A stretch of 64,000 nucleotides of DNA, taken from Bugula neritina. Its lineage: Eukaryota > Animalia > Bryozoa. Positions 12,591 to 27,443 of this stretch are shown piece by piece; positions within the stretch are counted from its first letter, which is position 1; each line of letters begins with the position of its first letter. The DNA lies in NCBI GenBank assembly GCA_964035545.1, contig OZ037769.1, positions 17,514,633-17,578,632 on the forward strand. Direction: 5' to 3'. Under the pieces are notes generated by a model. That model worked only from the letters and a program-made list of their open reading frames with translations, was not told the DNA's origin and ran no database searches. Both the position numbers and the translations under genes were made by a program.

Positions 12591-13805
12591 TATAGTCTTA
12601 GTACCAAGCATTCACTCAGGAGTTGTAGTGGAATACAGCCTGAAATGAGCTGATCACTAAGTTACGTAGTGAGCTAGTAAGCTAGGACAGATTTCTCAAA
12701 GTAACCAAATAGTAGGATTTATAACAAAACTCATATATCGTTCTATATTCTAGAAGAAATGCCTATACTATCATAGTGCAAAGTATTTACCAAGGTGGCT
12801 GTTTTGCATTTTCCTCTACATTATTTTCTTTACTCCTCATCAACTTATCCACCTAATATTTAGAAAATGTTCAGAGCTGAGCCTTATAAATAGATATCTC
12901 TCACAGCTTACTGAGGTTATCTGTATTGGGAAGTTTAACGTTCAACTCTTTCAAAAATCACGCGTAGAATTTGTCGATATTTGGCAGTGTGTTTATTATT
13001 CATGCACAGTATGAAAATAACTTATTTAACAAAATCTAATAAGTTGATTTGTTTTGAAGTCAATATACTTAGTCATTAGTGAGTACAGATAGTAACCAAA
13101 GAGAACTGTTTGATACAGTTGTATCAGGGTTTGAGGTTTGTGGTTGGCATGTAGCATATCTAGGCCAGGCAGAACAATAAAACAAGCAAAAGTATAAGAA
13201 GTTTAACATTTTAAACAATTCTGCATCCAAAATATGTCCAGATCTTAATGCCAAGAAAGCACATTAAGACCCCTGAACTTTATTCTTAGAAAATGTCAAA
13301 TGTAGGTTATATTTCTTATCAATTTTCATAGAGAGTGCCAAAAGATCTACAAGCCATCACAAATAACTGAATATATAAAATTGGAAACACTGTAATAGAA
13401 CAATAAAAAATGCAATAGTCTTTGTGACAACTTAAGCTTATTGTAGCAAAGAGTTTATAGAAAGAGGGTTTACATGACAAGGTATGCTAAGTGAATACAG
13501 ACAGTAAGCATGGTTAAATTGAATCAGAGGAGAAGGCTGAATGATGAAAGTTGACTGTATACAATCTGGCTGTTGTAATGCATAGCAACTACACTTACAG
13601 TACATAGCCAAGAATGATAAGCTCCGAGCCTAGAAAATACAAATTTTAAAGTAATTGTACAACTAATACGAATAACCTAAATACATTCAACAATTAGTAG
13701 TACTAGTATTATATGGTTATATATTCACTAGTTAGTAATATAGTAATATATTCAACAGTTAGTAATACAGTAATATATTCAATAGTTGGTAATATAGTAA
13801 TATAT

Positions 13806-16800
13806 TCAACAGTTAGATATACCAACAGACTGCAATAGTCTAGTCTCTGATAAAGTCAAACTCAGTCTGAAAGTCTCGTAATACACAGAAGATGAGAGAG
13901 AGTTAAGGAACTTTGTGAGGTAGTCTTTCAGGTCAAGATGATAAATCGGGTCACAGAGAATATCTGGGTCAGTCTCCTCTTCACACTCTGTGAAATAAAC
14001 AGTGTAACAGTCTGAATAGTAGTTTGTGTTAGATGAGGTAATGGAGAAGTTAGGTAATGCCTCTAGTCCTGCTTCAGAGAAATATTACAAATGGACAAGT
14101 CTGTTCTTACAAATGAATGTCAACCTTGACCTCAAACCACGGAGACAGGTAAAGATCCTTGGTTATTGAACTTAGTGAGTGAGTCAGGTGAATACATCAG
14201 TTAGTACCTAGTGTATATGTACTGCATGCTAGACATGCTGATCAACATGGAGGAACCTGCTAGCTGTAACAGTGTACCTTAACCCTGAGATATCGTAATC
14301 TGCTCTAGTGACAGCTGATAAGGTAACTTGAGGGTTGATAAGACAAAGTTGGCATTGTGCCAACAGCGTCAGTTCACACTTTAGGACAAACAGCCGGTAA
14401 TAACTAGGACCTGGTAATAAGTATTTATCTCAACTTAAGTGGGCGAGACAGAAATATCTCAAGAAGTAGGAAACACATTGATGTCTACGTACCATCATCT
14501 ATTAGGTTAGCATCTTCTATGAGACTAGAGAGCAATACATGCTCATCTGTCTCATCATCACTAATATCTTTATACTCATCAACCTTTATTGAAAGTAATC
14601 AAAGTGTAAATATTTGTAGTGAACGTATAAACTAGATAAGAGAGGGTATCAGAGGTGGGTGTAACATTTGACAAACAGATAATATTATAGATATAATATA
14701 CTGATTAATATAATATACTGAGTTATATAATATAATATACTGAGTTATATAATATACTGAGTAATATAATATAATATACTGGGTTATATAATATACTGAG
14801 TAATATAATATAATATACTGAGTTATATATTATAATATACTGAGTTATATAATATAATATACTGAGTAATATAATATACTGAGTTATATAATATAATATA
14901 CTGAGTTATATAATATACTGAGTAATATAATATAATATACTGAGTTATATAATATAATATACTGAGTTATATAATATAATATACTGAGTTATATAATATA
15001 ATATACTGAGTTATATAATATAATATACTGAGTTATATAATATACTGGGTTATATAATATAATATACTGAATAATATAATATAATATACTGAGTAATATA
15101 ATATAATATAATGAGTTATATAATATAATATACTGAGTAATATAATATAATATACTGGGTTATATAATATACTATACTGAGTTATATAATATAATATACT
15201 GAGTTATATAATATAATATACTGAGTTATATAATATAATATACTGTGTTATATAATATAATATACTGAGTAGTATAATATACTGAGTTATATAATACAAT
15301 AACACAACCTCTCCATCGGAAAGAGTATTTCCATCCCCATGAGATGTTAACTCCGCCTCTTCTATTTGATTGGCTAACTCATTTATCAACAACTTAAACA
15401 TCTTGATGAGTATCGGAGTGTTGGTCCATTGCTTGCTCACAGCTGTCAAACCAACGTAAATATATTACGCATAATTATATAATACACATAGTAATATAAT
15501 ATACATATAATACACATAGTTATATAATATACATATAATACACATAGTAATATAATATACATATAATACACATAGTAATATAATATACATATAATACACA
15601 TAATTATATAATATACATATAATACACATAGTAATATAATATACATATAATACACATAGTAATATAATATACATATAATACACATAGTTATATAATATAC
15701 ATATAATACACATAATTATATAATATACATATATTACACATAGTAATGTAATATACATATATTACACATAGTAATATAATATACATATATTACACATAGT
15801 AATATAATATACATATATTACACATAGTTATATAATATACATATAATACACATAATTATATAATATACATATATTACACATAGTAATGTAATATACATAT
15901 ATTACACATAGTAATATAATATACATATATTACACATAGTAATATAATATACATATAATACACATAGTAATGTAATATACATATAATACACATAGTTATA
16001 TAATATACATATAATACACATAGTAAAATAATATACATATAATACACATAGTTATATAATATACATATATTACACATAGTTATATAATATACATATACTA
16101 CACATAGTTATATAATATACATATATTACACATAGTAATATAATATACATATAATACACATAGTTATATAATATACATATATTACACATAGTAATATAAT
16201 ATACATATAATACACATAGTTATATAATATACATATAATACACATAGTTATATAATATACATATATTACACATAGTAATGTAATATACATATAATACACA
16301 TAGTTATATAATATACATATATTACACATAGTAATATAATATACATATAATACACATAGTTATATAATATACATATAATACACATAGTTATATAATATAC
16401 ATATATTACACATAGTAATGTAATATACATATAATACACATAGTTATATAATATACATATATTACACATAGTTATATAATATACATATACTACACATAGT
16501 TATATAATATACATATAATACACATAGTAAAATAATATACATATAATACACATAGTAATATAATATACATATAATACACATAGTAATGTAATATACATAT
16601 AATACACATAGTTATATAATATACATATAATACACATAGTTATATAATATACATATATTACACATAATTATATAATATACATATATTACACATAGTAAAA
16701 TAATATACATATAATACACATAGTAATATAATATACATATAATACACATAGTAATATAATATACATATAATACACATAATTATATAATATACATATACTA

Positions 16801-19800
16801 CACATAGTAATATAATATACATATAATACACATAGTTATATAATATACATATAATACACATAGTTATATAATATACATATATTACACATAGTTATATAAT
16901 ATACATATACTACACATAGTAATATAATATACATATAATACACATAGTTATATAATATACATATATTACACATAGTAATATAATATACATATATTACACA
17001 TAGTAATATAATATACATATAATACACATAGTATATAATATACATATAATACACATAGTTATATAATATACATATATTACACATAGTTATATAATATACA
17101 TATACTACACATAGTAATATAATATACATATAATACACATAGTAATATAATATACATATATTACACATAGTAATATAATATACATATAATACACATAGTA
17201 ATATAATATACATATAATACACATAGTTATATAATATACATATAATACACATAGTTATATAATATACATATAATACACATAGTAATATAATATACATATA
17301 ATACACATAGTAATATAATATACATATATTACACATAGTAATATAATATACATATAATACACATAGTAATATAATATACATATATTACACATAGTTATAT
17401 AATATACATATACTACACATAGTAATATAATATACATATAATACACATAGTTATATAATATACATATAATACACATAGTAATATAATATACATATAATAC
17501 ACATAGTAATATAATATACATATAATACACATAGTTATATAATATACATATAATACACATAGTAATATAATATACATATAATACACATAGTAATATAATA
17601 TACATATAATACACATAGTTATATAATATACATACAATACACATAGTATATAATACACATAACATACTAACACACGGAACAGAGTTGAAATGTTACCGTT
17701 AGCCCGAGATCTTGTCCTTATACCAGTAGACTGAGATACAACTTCCTCTTTTAAATATACCTCCTGCAGGCGAGAGTCATTTGAGCTGATTGCGTACTGG
17801 AGTAGCTTACACAAGGCCATTGACCTGTAGAATGCAACATAATATGGTAATAATAGTATAGTAATAATAATATGGTAATAATAATATAGTAATAATAATA
17901 TAGTAATAATAATATAGTAATAATATAGTAATAATAATATAGTAATAATAATATAGTAATAATATAGTAATAACAATAATATAGTAATAATAATATAGTA
18001 ATAATATAGTAATAATAATATAGTAATAATAATATAGTAATAATAATATAGTAATAATATAGTAATAATATAGTAATAATAATAATAATATAGTAATAAT
18101 AATATAGTAATAATATAGTAATAATATAGTAATAATAATAATATAGTAATAATAATATAGTAATAATATAGTAATAATAATATAGTAATAATAATATAGT
18201 AATAATATAGTAATAACAATAATATAGTAATAATATAGTAATAATAATATAGTAATAATATAGTAATAATAATATAGTAATAATAATATAGTAATAATAA
18301 TATAGTAATAATATAGTAATAATATAGTAATAATAATAATAATATAGTAATAATAATATAGTAATAATATAGTAATAATATAGTAATAATAATAATATAG
18401 TAATAATAATATAGTAATAATAATATAGTAATAATATAATAATAATATAATAATATAGTAATAATATAGTAGTAAAAAGATCGTAGAATATCAACTCACG
18501 ATAACTTAACCTCGTATCTGCCGTAGAAAAGGTGCTGATGGGAACACCACTGAGTGAGCACAAAGTTCAAGGCCGCAGAGCCATCAGGACCCGGAGTTAT
18601 GGTGAGGAAATCAAGGAGGGCTTCCACTTTGGTTATGACAAGCCTCGCGAACACTAACACTAGTTCCTGTGTGATACGATACACTGTGTGATATGATATA
18701 CTGTATGATATGATATACTGTGTGATATGATATACTGTGTGATATGATATACTGTGTGATATGATATACTGTGTGATATGATATACTGTGTGATATGATA
18801 TACTAGATGATATGATATACTGTGTGATATGATATACTGTGTGATATGATATACTAGATGATATGATATACTGTGTGATACGATATACTGTGTGATATGA
18901 TATACTGTGTGATATGATATACTGTGATACGATATACTGTATGATATGATATACTGTGTGATATGATATACTGTATGATACGATATACTGTGTGATATGA
19001 TATACTGTGCGATATGATATACTGTGTGATATGATACATGATATGATATACTGTGTGATACGATATACTGTGTGATATGATATACTGTGTGATATGATAT
19101 ACTGTGATACGATATACTGTATGATATGATATACTGTGTGATATGATATACTGTATGATACGATATACTGTGTGATATGATATACTGTGCGATATGATAT
19201 ACTGTGTGATATGATACATGATATGATATACTGTGTGATATGATATACTGTGTGATATGATATACTGTGTGATATGATATACTGTATGATATGATATTCT
19301 GTATGATACCAGGTAACCTGTACGATGGTGTGCGTCTCTGTACGCTGTAGTTTGCTAAGCACAGCTCTGAGGATGAGGTCAAGATCTGACCCCATAGACT
19401 CCCCCAACTTGGATATCAGCACCGACACCAGTTTGCCGACGAAAGCGGCGCTGTTTTCCGGAGCTCTGGGGTCAAGGAGTTTAGAGACGACAGCGCCAAT
19501 GACAGAGAGTCCTGTGTGACCTGCGGCAGCGTGCTCGTCTCTCCAGTCAACTATCTGCTCCGCTGACGTGGATATGTAAGCTCTGAGACACTCTCCTCCA
19601 TTCTGTCACACCATGTATACCATATTACTGTATTACTATATTACTGTATTACCATATTACTGTATTACTATATTACTGTATTACTATATTACTGTATTAC
19701 TATATTACTGTATTACTATATTACTGTATTACTGTATTACTGTATTACAATATTACTATAAAATATTTCATAATATTATATTATATAATATACAGGGAAA

Positions 19801-20918
19801 AAGAGTCAAACACCTGCATTATAGAACTGTCATCTGTCAGTATTGTCAGGTTAGCAATCATAGGAAACAGGGCCATAAGTTCTCCTGATATAGGAGTGTT
19901 ACTGCCTCGTACCAGCGTCTCTACCATCTCTAAACAGCCCTGAATATAGAGAGTGGTTGACCTAGATATACAGAGTAGTTGACCTAGATATACAGAGTAG
20001 TTGACCTAGATATACAGAGTGGTTGACCTAGATATACAGAGTAGTTGACCTAGATATACAGAGTAGTTGACCTAAATATACAGAGTAGTTGACCTAGATA
20101 TACAGAGTAGTTGACCTAGATATGCAGAGTAGTTGACCTAGATATACAGAGTAGTTGACCTAGATATACAGAGTAGTTGACCTAAATATACAGAGTAGTT
20201 GACCTAGATATACAGAGTAGTTGACCTAGATATACAGAGTAGTTGACCTAGATATACAGAGTAGTTGACCTAGATATACAGAGTAGTTGACCTAGATATA
20301 CAGAGTAGTTGACCTAGATATACAGAGTAGTTGACCTAGATATACAGAGCAGTTGACCTAGATACCGGTTGCAAGGTAGAAGGCAGGGTGTCAGGATGCT
20401 GCTGTTGTATTATGCTGACTAGAGTAGGCAGCATCTTCTCTTGAACGATGTCGTTACGAGCGACGGCCAAGTGCATGATTAGCTCTCTACAGATCTCAAT
20501 AATATGTTGATCTGTAACATATATTACTCTCTACATATCTCAATAATATGTTGATCTGTAACATATATTACTCTCTACATATCTCAATAATATGTTGATC
20601 TGTAACATATCATATTAGAATATAATACATAACTGCTACTAGTAACCAGCACATATATAGGAGGTGAGAGGGCGTACCGTGAGTAAACTTCAGAAAGACG
20701 GCCATAAACAGTGGCATCGATTTTTCAGCAACAGAAGCTGTGAATTCCTTATTCACCTACAAACAGTATATATTATATATTATTCACCTACAAACAGTAT
20801 ATATTATATATTATTCACCTACAAACAGTATATTATATATTATTCACCTACAAGCAGTATATATTATATATTATTCACCTACAACAGTATATTATATATT
20901 ATTCACCTACAAACAGTA

Positions 20919-20983
<65 letters not shown>

Positions 20984-23900
20984 CCAATCACCTTAAGCAT
21001 ACCCTCCATACTGTCTAGACTGAGAGCCAACACTTCAGAGCCCTGAGACTGGGCTATAGACATACACCCCTCATACAGGAGAGGGAGGACAGGGAGCAAC
21101 AACTCCACATTAGCCAGATTCTCGCAGAAAAAGAATGAGGCCCTGACAGAAGAAATCTGTAGAGGGGCGGGGTGGGTAGGGGACAGCCCGGCTACGGTGG
21201 CTTCAAGGAAACTGCAGAATAAACCAGTCTATACTATATATTACTAATTTATATATTACTAGATATATTACTAGATATATTACTAGATATACTACTAGAT
21301 ATACTACTAGATATACTACTAGATATATTACTAGATATATTACTAGATATATATTACTAGATATATTACTAGATATACAACTAGATATATTACTAGATAT
21401 ATTACTAGATATATTACTAGATATATATTACTAGATATATTACTAGATATATTACTAGATATACTACGAGATATACTACTAGATATATTACCAGATATAT
21501 TACTAGTTATATTACTAGATATATTACTAGATGACACACCTCTGTAACAGAGCCCCATCCAGATACTGAGAGAAGCGACTAGCCAACCACACACACCTCC
21601 CCGTGAGGAAGGGGGAGCTCTTACCCTCCACATCCGGGAGGACAATTGTCCTGAAGAACTCCGCTATGTCAAACTCAACTTTCCCCTCCTTAACGATCCC
21701 GTGGAACATCGCGGGTACGGCACCCAGTGAGAAGAACACCGCCTCATGTATCTTCCACCTGACGTAATAATACTATACCTACACAGTGTAACTCAGTAAT
21801 ACTATACCTACACGGTGTAACTCAGTAATACTATACCTACACAGTGTAACTCAGTAATACTATACCTACACGGTGTAACTCAGTAATACTACACCTACAT
21901 AGTGTAACTCAGTAATACTACACCTACACAGTGTAACTCAGTAATACTATACCTACACAGTGTAACTCAGTAATACTATACCTACACGGTGTAACTCAGT
22001 AATACTATACCTACACAGTGTAACTCAGTAATACTATACCTACACGGTGTAACTCAGTAATACTACACCTACATAGTGTAACTCAGTAATACTACACCTA
22101 CACAGTGTAACTCAGTAATACTATACCTACACGGTGTAACTCAGTAATACTATACCTACACAGTGTAACTCAGTAATACTATACCTACACGGTGTAACTC
22201 AGTAATACTATACCTACACAGTGTAACTCAGTAATACTATACCTACACGGTGTAACTCAGTAATACTACACCTACATAGTGTAACTCAGTAATACTACAC
22301 CTACACAGTGTAACTCAGTAATACTATACCTACACAGTGTAACTCAGTAATACTATACCTACACGGTGTAACTCAGTAATACTATACCTACACAGTGTAA
22401 CTCAGTAATACTATACCTACACGGTGTAACTCAGTAATACTACACCTACATAGTGTAACTCAGTAATACTACACCTACACAGTGTAACTCAGTAATACTA
22501 TACCTACACGGTGTAACTCAGTAATACTATACCTACACAGTGTAACTCAGTAATACTATACCTACACAGTGTAACTCAGTAATACTATACCTACACAGTG
22601 TAACTCAGTAATACTATACCTACACGGTGTAACTCAGTAATACTATACCTACACAGTGTAACTCAGTAATACTATACCTACACAGTGTAACTCAGTAATA
22701 CTACACCTACACAGTGTAACTCAGTAATACTATACCTACACAGTGTAACTCAGTAATACTATACCTACATGGTGTAACTCAGTAATACTACACCTACACA
22801 GTGTAACTCAGTAATACTATACCTACACAGTGTAACTCAGTAATACTATACCTACACAGTGTAACTCAGTAATACTATACCTACCAATGCTCATTTCCTT
22901 TTCTCCTAGACTCTGATGCTTCTGCTACATGAAGGAGTATATTTTCAGCGAGAGCAATCAATCCGACATCATCAAACGCTGCCACAATGACCTGACAGCA
23001 GCAACAGATATAATACATACAGTAACATATAATACATACAGTAACATATAATATATACAGTAACATATAATATATACAGTAACATATAATATATACAGTA
23101 ACATATAATACATACAGTAACATATAATACACATACAGTAACATATAATATATACAGTAACATATAATACACATACAGTAACATATAATATATACAGTAA
23201 CATATAATACATACAGTAACATATAATACATACAGTAATATATACAGTAACATATAATATATACAGTAACATATAATACATACAGTAACGTATAATACAA
23301 ACAGCTGACTGGTCACCTGGAGTAAATCGTGAGCAGCGATTCTGATAGAAAAAGAGAAACTTGAGTCATCCTCATCTTCAACGTACTGATCAGCTGACTG
23401 GAGCCAGCATTTCTCCTGAGGTAATAATACAACATATAGTATACATATACTGTACTCCTGAAACATGTTATATACAGTGGAGTATACACTAATATATAGT
23501 AGTATATAGTATAGTATATAGTATATAGTAGTATATAATATATAGTAATATATAGTAGTATACCTGTCCTGTAGTCAGCTGTGAGTATATAGTTATATAG
23601 TAGAGGAGCTGCTTAATGTTGGACTTAATAACAGAGTGGAACTTGGGAGTCTCCACCAGCATGTCTATGAACTCAAATACTGAGTATATCAACGACTCTG
23701 GACCCACCACCTCTCCTGGAAGTACAGCTTATTGTATATTATCATATAGCATATCGTATATTATCATATAGCATATCGTATATTATCATATATCATATCT
23801 CATATTATCATATAGCATATTACAAAATACATCATGGTATAATCTTAGCCTACCATCTGAGTCCAGGGGATCATCATCATGATCATCTGAGTCATAGACT

Positions 23901-26900
23901 GTGGACCTCAAGTATCTGAGAGTTTATGTCAAGGTTAAATATACTATAGTGTGGTGATACAGTAGTATAGTTACTAGTATTATACAGTGATACAGTAGTA
24001 TAGTTACTAGTAGTATTATATAGTGATACAGTAGTATAGTTACTAGTAGTACTATATAGTGATACAGTAGTATAGTTACTAGTAGTACTATATAGTGATA
24101 CAGTAGTATAGTTACTAGTAGTACTATATAGTGATACAGTAGTATAGTTACTAGTAGTACTATATAGTGATACAGTAGTATAGTTACTAGTAGTACTATA
24201 TAGTGATACAGTAGTATAGTTACTAGTAGTACTATATAGTGATACAGTAGTATAGTTACTAGTAGTATTATATAGTGATACAGTAGTATAGTTACTAGTA
24301 GTACTATATAGTGATACAGTAGTATAGTTACTAGTAGTATTATATAGTGATACAGTAGTATAGTTACTAGTAGTACTATATAGTGATACAGTAGTATAGT
24401 TACTAGTAGTATTATATAGTGATACAGTAGTATAGTTACTAGTAGTACTATATAGTGATACAGTAGTATAGTTACTAGTAGTATTATATAGTGATACAGT
24501 AGTATAGTTACTAGTAGTACTATATAGTGATACAGTAGTATAGTTACTAGTAGTACTATATAGTGATACAGTAGTATAGTTACTAGTAGTACTATATAGT
24601 GATACAGTAGTATAGTTACTAGTAGTACTATATAGTGATACAGTAGTATAGTTACTAGTAGTATTATATAGTGATACAGTAGTATAGTTACTAGTAGTAC
24701 TATATAGTGATACAGTAGTATAGTTACTAGTAGTACTATATAGTGATACAGTAGTATAGTTACTAGTAGTACTATATAGTGATACAGTAGTATAGTTACT
24801 AGTAGTACTATATAGTGATACAGTAGTATAGTTACTAGTAGTACTATATAGTGATACAGTAGTATAGTTACTAGTATTATATATATATATATATAAAGAG
24901 GATACACATGAGAGGAGTTAACGAGAATCTGCCAAACACACGACACGATGTCCTTGAAGTGCGGAGAGATCTGATTGGGCAGACACTTGACGAGTAGAAT
25001 GAGGCACTTCATGATGTCCGTGTTGATTCTGAGGTCAGTGACCTGCCCGTCCCGAGACTGGAGAGCTTCAAGGAACGCCTCTATGAACTTTGGCAACACA
25101 GGAAGTAGAATCTGCTTGGCATATCCCTGTAATATTATATTATACTCTGTAATATTATACTCTGCAATATTATATTATACTCTGTAATATTATACTATAC
25201 TCTGTAATATTATATTATATACTCTGTAATATTATACTCTGTAATATTATATTATATACTATATTATACTCTGTAATATTATATTATACTCTGTAATATT
25301 ATACTCTGTAATATTATATTATACTCTGTAATATTATACTCTGTAATATTATATTATACTCTGTAATATTATACTCTGTAATATTATATCATACTCTGTA
25401 ATATTATACTATACTCTGTAATATTATACTATACTCTGTAATATTATACTATACTATGTAATATTATACTATACTCTGTAATATTATACTATACTCTGTA
25501 ATATTATATTATACTCTGTAATATTATACTATACTCTGTAATATTATAATATACTCTGTAATATTATACTATACTCTGTAATATTATACTATACTCTGTA
25601 ATATTATACTATACTCTGTAATATTATACTATACTCTGTAATATTATACTATACTCTGTAATATTATACTATACTCTGTAATATTATACTATACTCTGTA
25701 ATATTATACTATACTCTGTAATACTATATTATACTATGTAATATTATATTATACTCTGTAATATTATATTATACTCTGTAATATTATACTATACTCTGTA
25801 ATATTATACTATACTCTGTAATACTATATTATACTATGTAATATTATATTATACTCTGTAATATTATATTATACTCTGTAATATTATACTCTGTAATATT
25901 ATATTATACTCTGTAATATTATACTCTGTAATATTATACTCTGTAATATTATATTATACCCCATAGGAGTTACCTTCTCAACCTCAGACACCTGGATGAT
26001 GACGCTGACGCAGGTGTTGAAGATTACGACAGCCCTAGCCCGAGATCTGTTGCTGTACTGGCCGGTGGTGATGAATATTCTGTACAACTCTGGAAGTAAG
26101 GCTGGGGCCACGTCCTTCATTTGCTTATCTGTGATATCTCTAATAAACTCTGTAACAGTGTGTACTGTATACTGTAGTGTGTACTGTATACTGTAGTGTG
26201 TACTGTATACTGTAGTATATACTGTATACTGTAGTGTGTACTGTAGTGTATACTGTAGTGTGTACTGTATACTGTAGTATATACTGTATACTGTAGTGTG
26301 TACTGTAGTGTATACTGTATACTGTAGTGTGTAGTGTATACTGTAGTGTGTACTGTATACTGTAGTGTGTACTGTATACTGTAGTGTGTACTGTATACTG
26401 TAGTGTGTACTGTATACTGTAGTGTGTACTGTATACTGTAGTGTGTACTGTATACTGTAGTGTGTACTGTATACTGTAGTGTGTACTGTATACTGTAGTG
26501 TGTACTGTATACTGTAGTATATACTGTATACTGTAGTGTGTACTGTATACTGTAGTGTGTACTGTATACTGTAGTGTATACTGTATAGTACACACACACG
26601 CACCTGTTAACACACGCATAGAGCCGTGTACAATGTTCCCATCAGCACTAGCCAAACCCTGCATGAGAATCTCCATCAGCTCCGGCCAATCATCTGGCCA
26701 ATCCCAGTGTGCAATAGAGGATATGACATAGGCAACTATTGACCGTACTTTACTATTCATCTCGCTTAATCCTTGTGGTATCAGCGAGCGTATGGCCATT
26801 CGCATCTGTAATATATACTAGAGTATCAGTAATATATACTAGAGTACTAGTAATATATACTAGAGTACTAGTAATATACTCACATGAGGTGAAACTTCAG

Positions 26901-27443
26901 GAAGTGAAAACTTGTCGGCCAGCTGCGACCAATGAGAATCCACATACTGACGGAGCAGCACTGCTGCCAACTGTTTGATGCCAGCTGACTCCCCCACATC
27001 AACACAGATTTCTGTCAGCACCAGACCAAAGTCTACACAATATGATCCACAAAACACATTCCATATTATTATATAATAATTTATATATTACAATACTCAA
27101 TAGTCACAGTGAATACTTGTCAACTAATAAATTAATAGCCTATTGTCATACAAACGGTGGCAATGTCAATGTGTCTATGAAACTCAAGGTTGATGCTAAG
27201 CTTAGTCTTGGTGACTACGATAACGACTCACACTGTTACACACATTGTGACACATACTATGACTCATACTATGACACACACTGTGATACATACTGATAAT
27301 ATTACTAGTCCATTGAGATTACCTTCTGTCACTTCTAGAGCTTTTAATTTCTCTTCGCCAGCTTCTCTTTCTACTTTAGTTGACGACAAAATGTAGTGCA
27401 AACTCTCAAAAACTGCTGACCTAATGGATATCTGCTGAGACAT
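13806..27443 (-). CDS. IPO9: Importin-9, ~1021 aa. Exons 27323-27443, 26884-27032, 26604-26805, 25974-26149, 24906-25126, 23854-23915, 23564-23715, 23317-23415, 22885-22991, 21540-21758, 20992-21211, 20678-20756, 20366-20511, 19814-19939, 19318-19602, 18500-18666, 17697-17824, 15309-15442, 14493-14583, 13806-13987
   Basis: All exons join in frame (3066 nt). Importin-beta N-terminus [17 protein letters not shown]...[17 protein letters not shown]; [12 protein letters not shown]; DPLDSDGEVVG; [22 protein letters not shown]; HWWKIHEA; [11 protein letters not shown]; [20 protein letters not shown]; [22 protein letters not shown]. Confidence 0.95.
14690..15296. repeat. IPO9 intronic minisatellite, ~18-23-bp unit TACTGAGTTATATAATATAATA
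   Basis: Visible tandem array. Confidence 0.9.
15460..17660. repeat. IPO9 intronic minisatellite, 28-bp unit AATACACATAGTTATATAATATACATAT
   Basis: 2.2-kb array filling intron 15443-17696. Confidence 0.95.
17840..18470. repeat. IPO9 intronic (TAA)nTATAG compound repeat
   Basis: Fills intron 17825-18499. Confidence 0.9.
18667..19310. repeat. IPO9 intronic minisatellite, 17-bp unit TACTGTGTGATATGATA
   Basis: Fills intron 18667-19317; the last unit supplies the acceptor CACAG. Confidence 0.95.
19945..20365. repeat. IPO9 intronic minisatellite, 22-bp unit GAGTAGTTGACCTAGATATACA
   Basis: Fills intron 19940-20365 from donor to acceptor. Confidence 0.95.
21765..22884. repeat. IPO9 intronic minisatellite, 29-bp unit CTATACCTACACAGTGTAACTCAGTAATA
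   Basis: Makes up essentially the whole intron 21759-22884, including the donor GTAGGT. Confidence 0.95.
23916..24905 (-). other. U12-type (minor spliceosome) GT-AG intron of IPO9, filled by a 30-bp minisatellite
   Basis: 5' splice site GTATCCTCTT; branch point AACCTTGAC ~13 nt upstream of the terminal AG; no long pyrimidine tract; phase-2 junction restores NSSHV|YLRS. Confidence 0.85.
25127..25958. repeat. IPO9 intronic minisatellite, 15/20-bp units ATACTCTGTAATATT(ATACT)
   Basis: Fills intron 25127-25973; the last unit provides the acceptor. Confidence 0.95.
26157..26590. repeat. IPO9 intronic minisatellite, 20-bp unit TACTGTATACTGTAGTGTG-type
   Basis: Fills intron 26150-26603. Confidence 0.9.
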
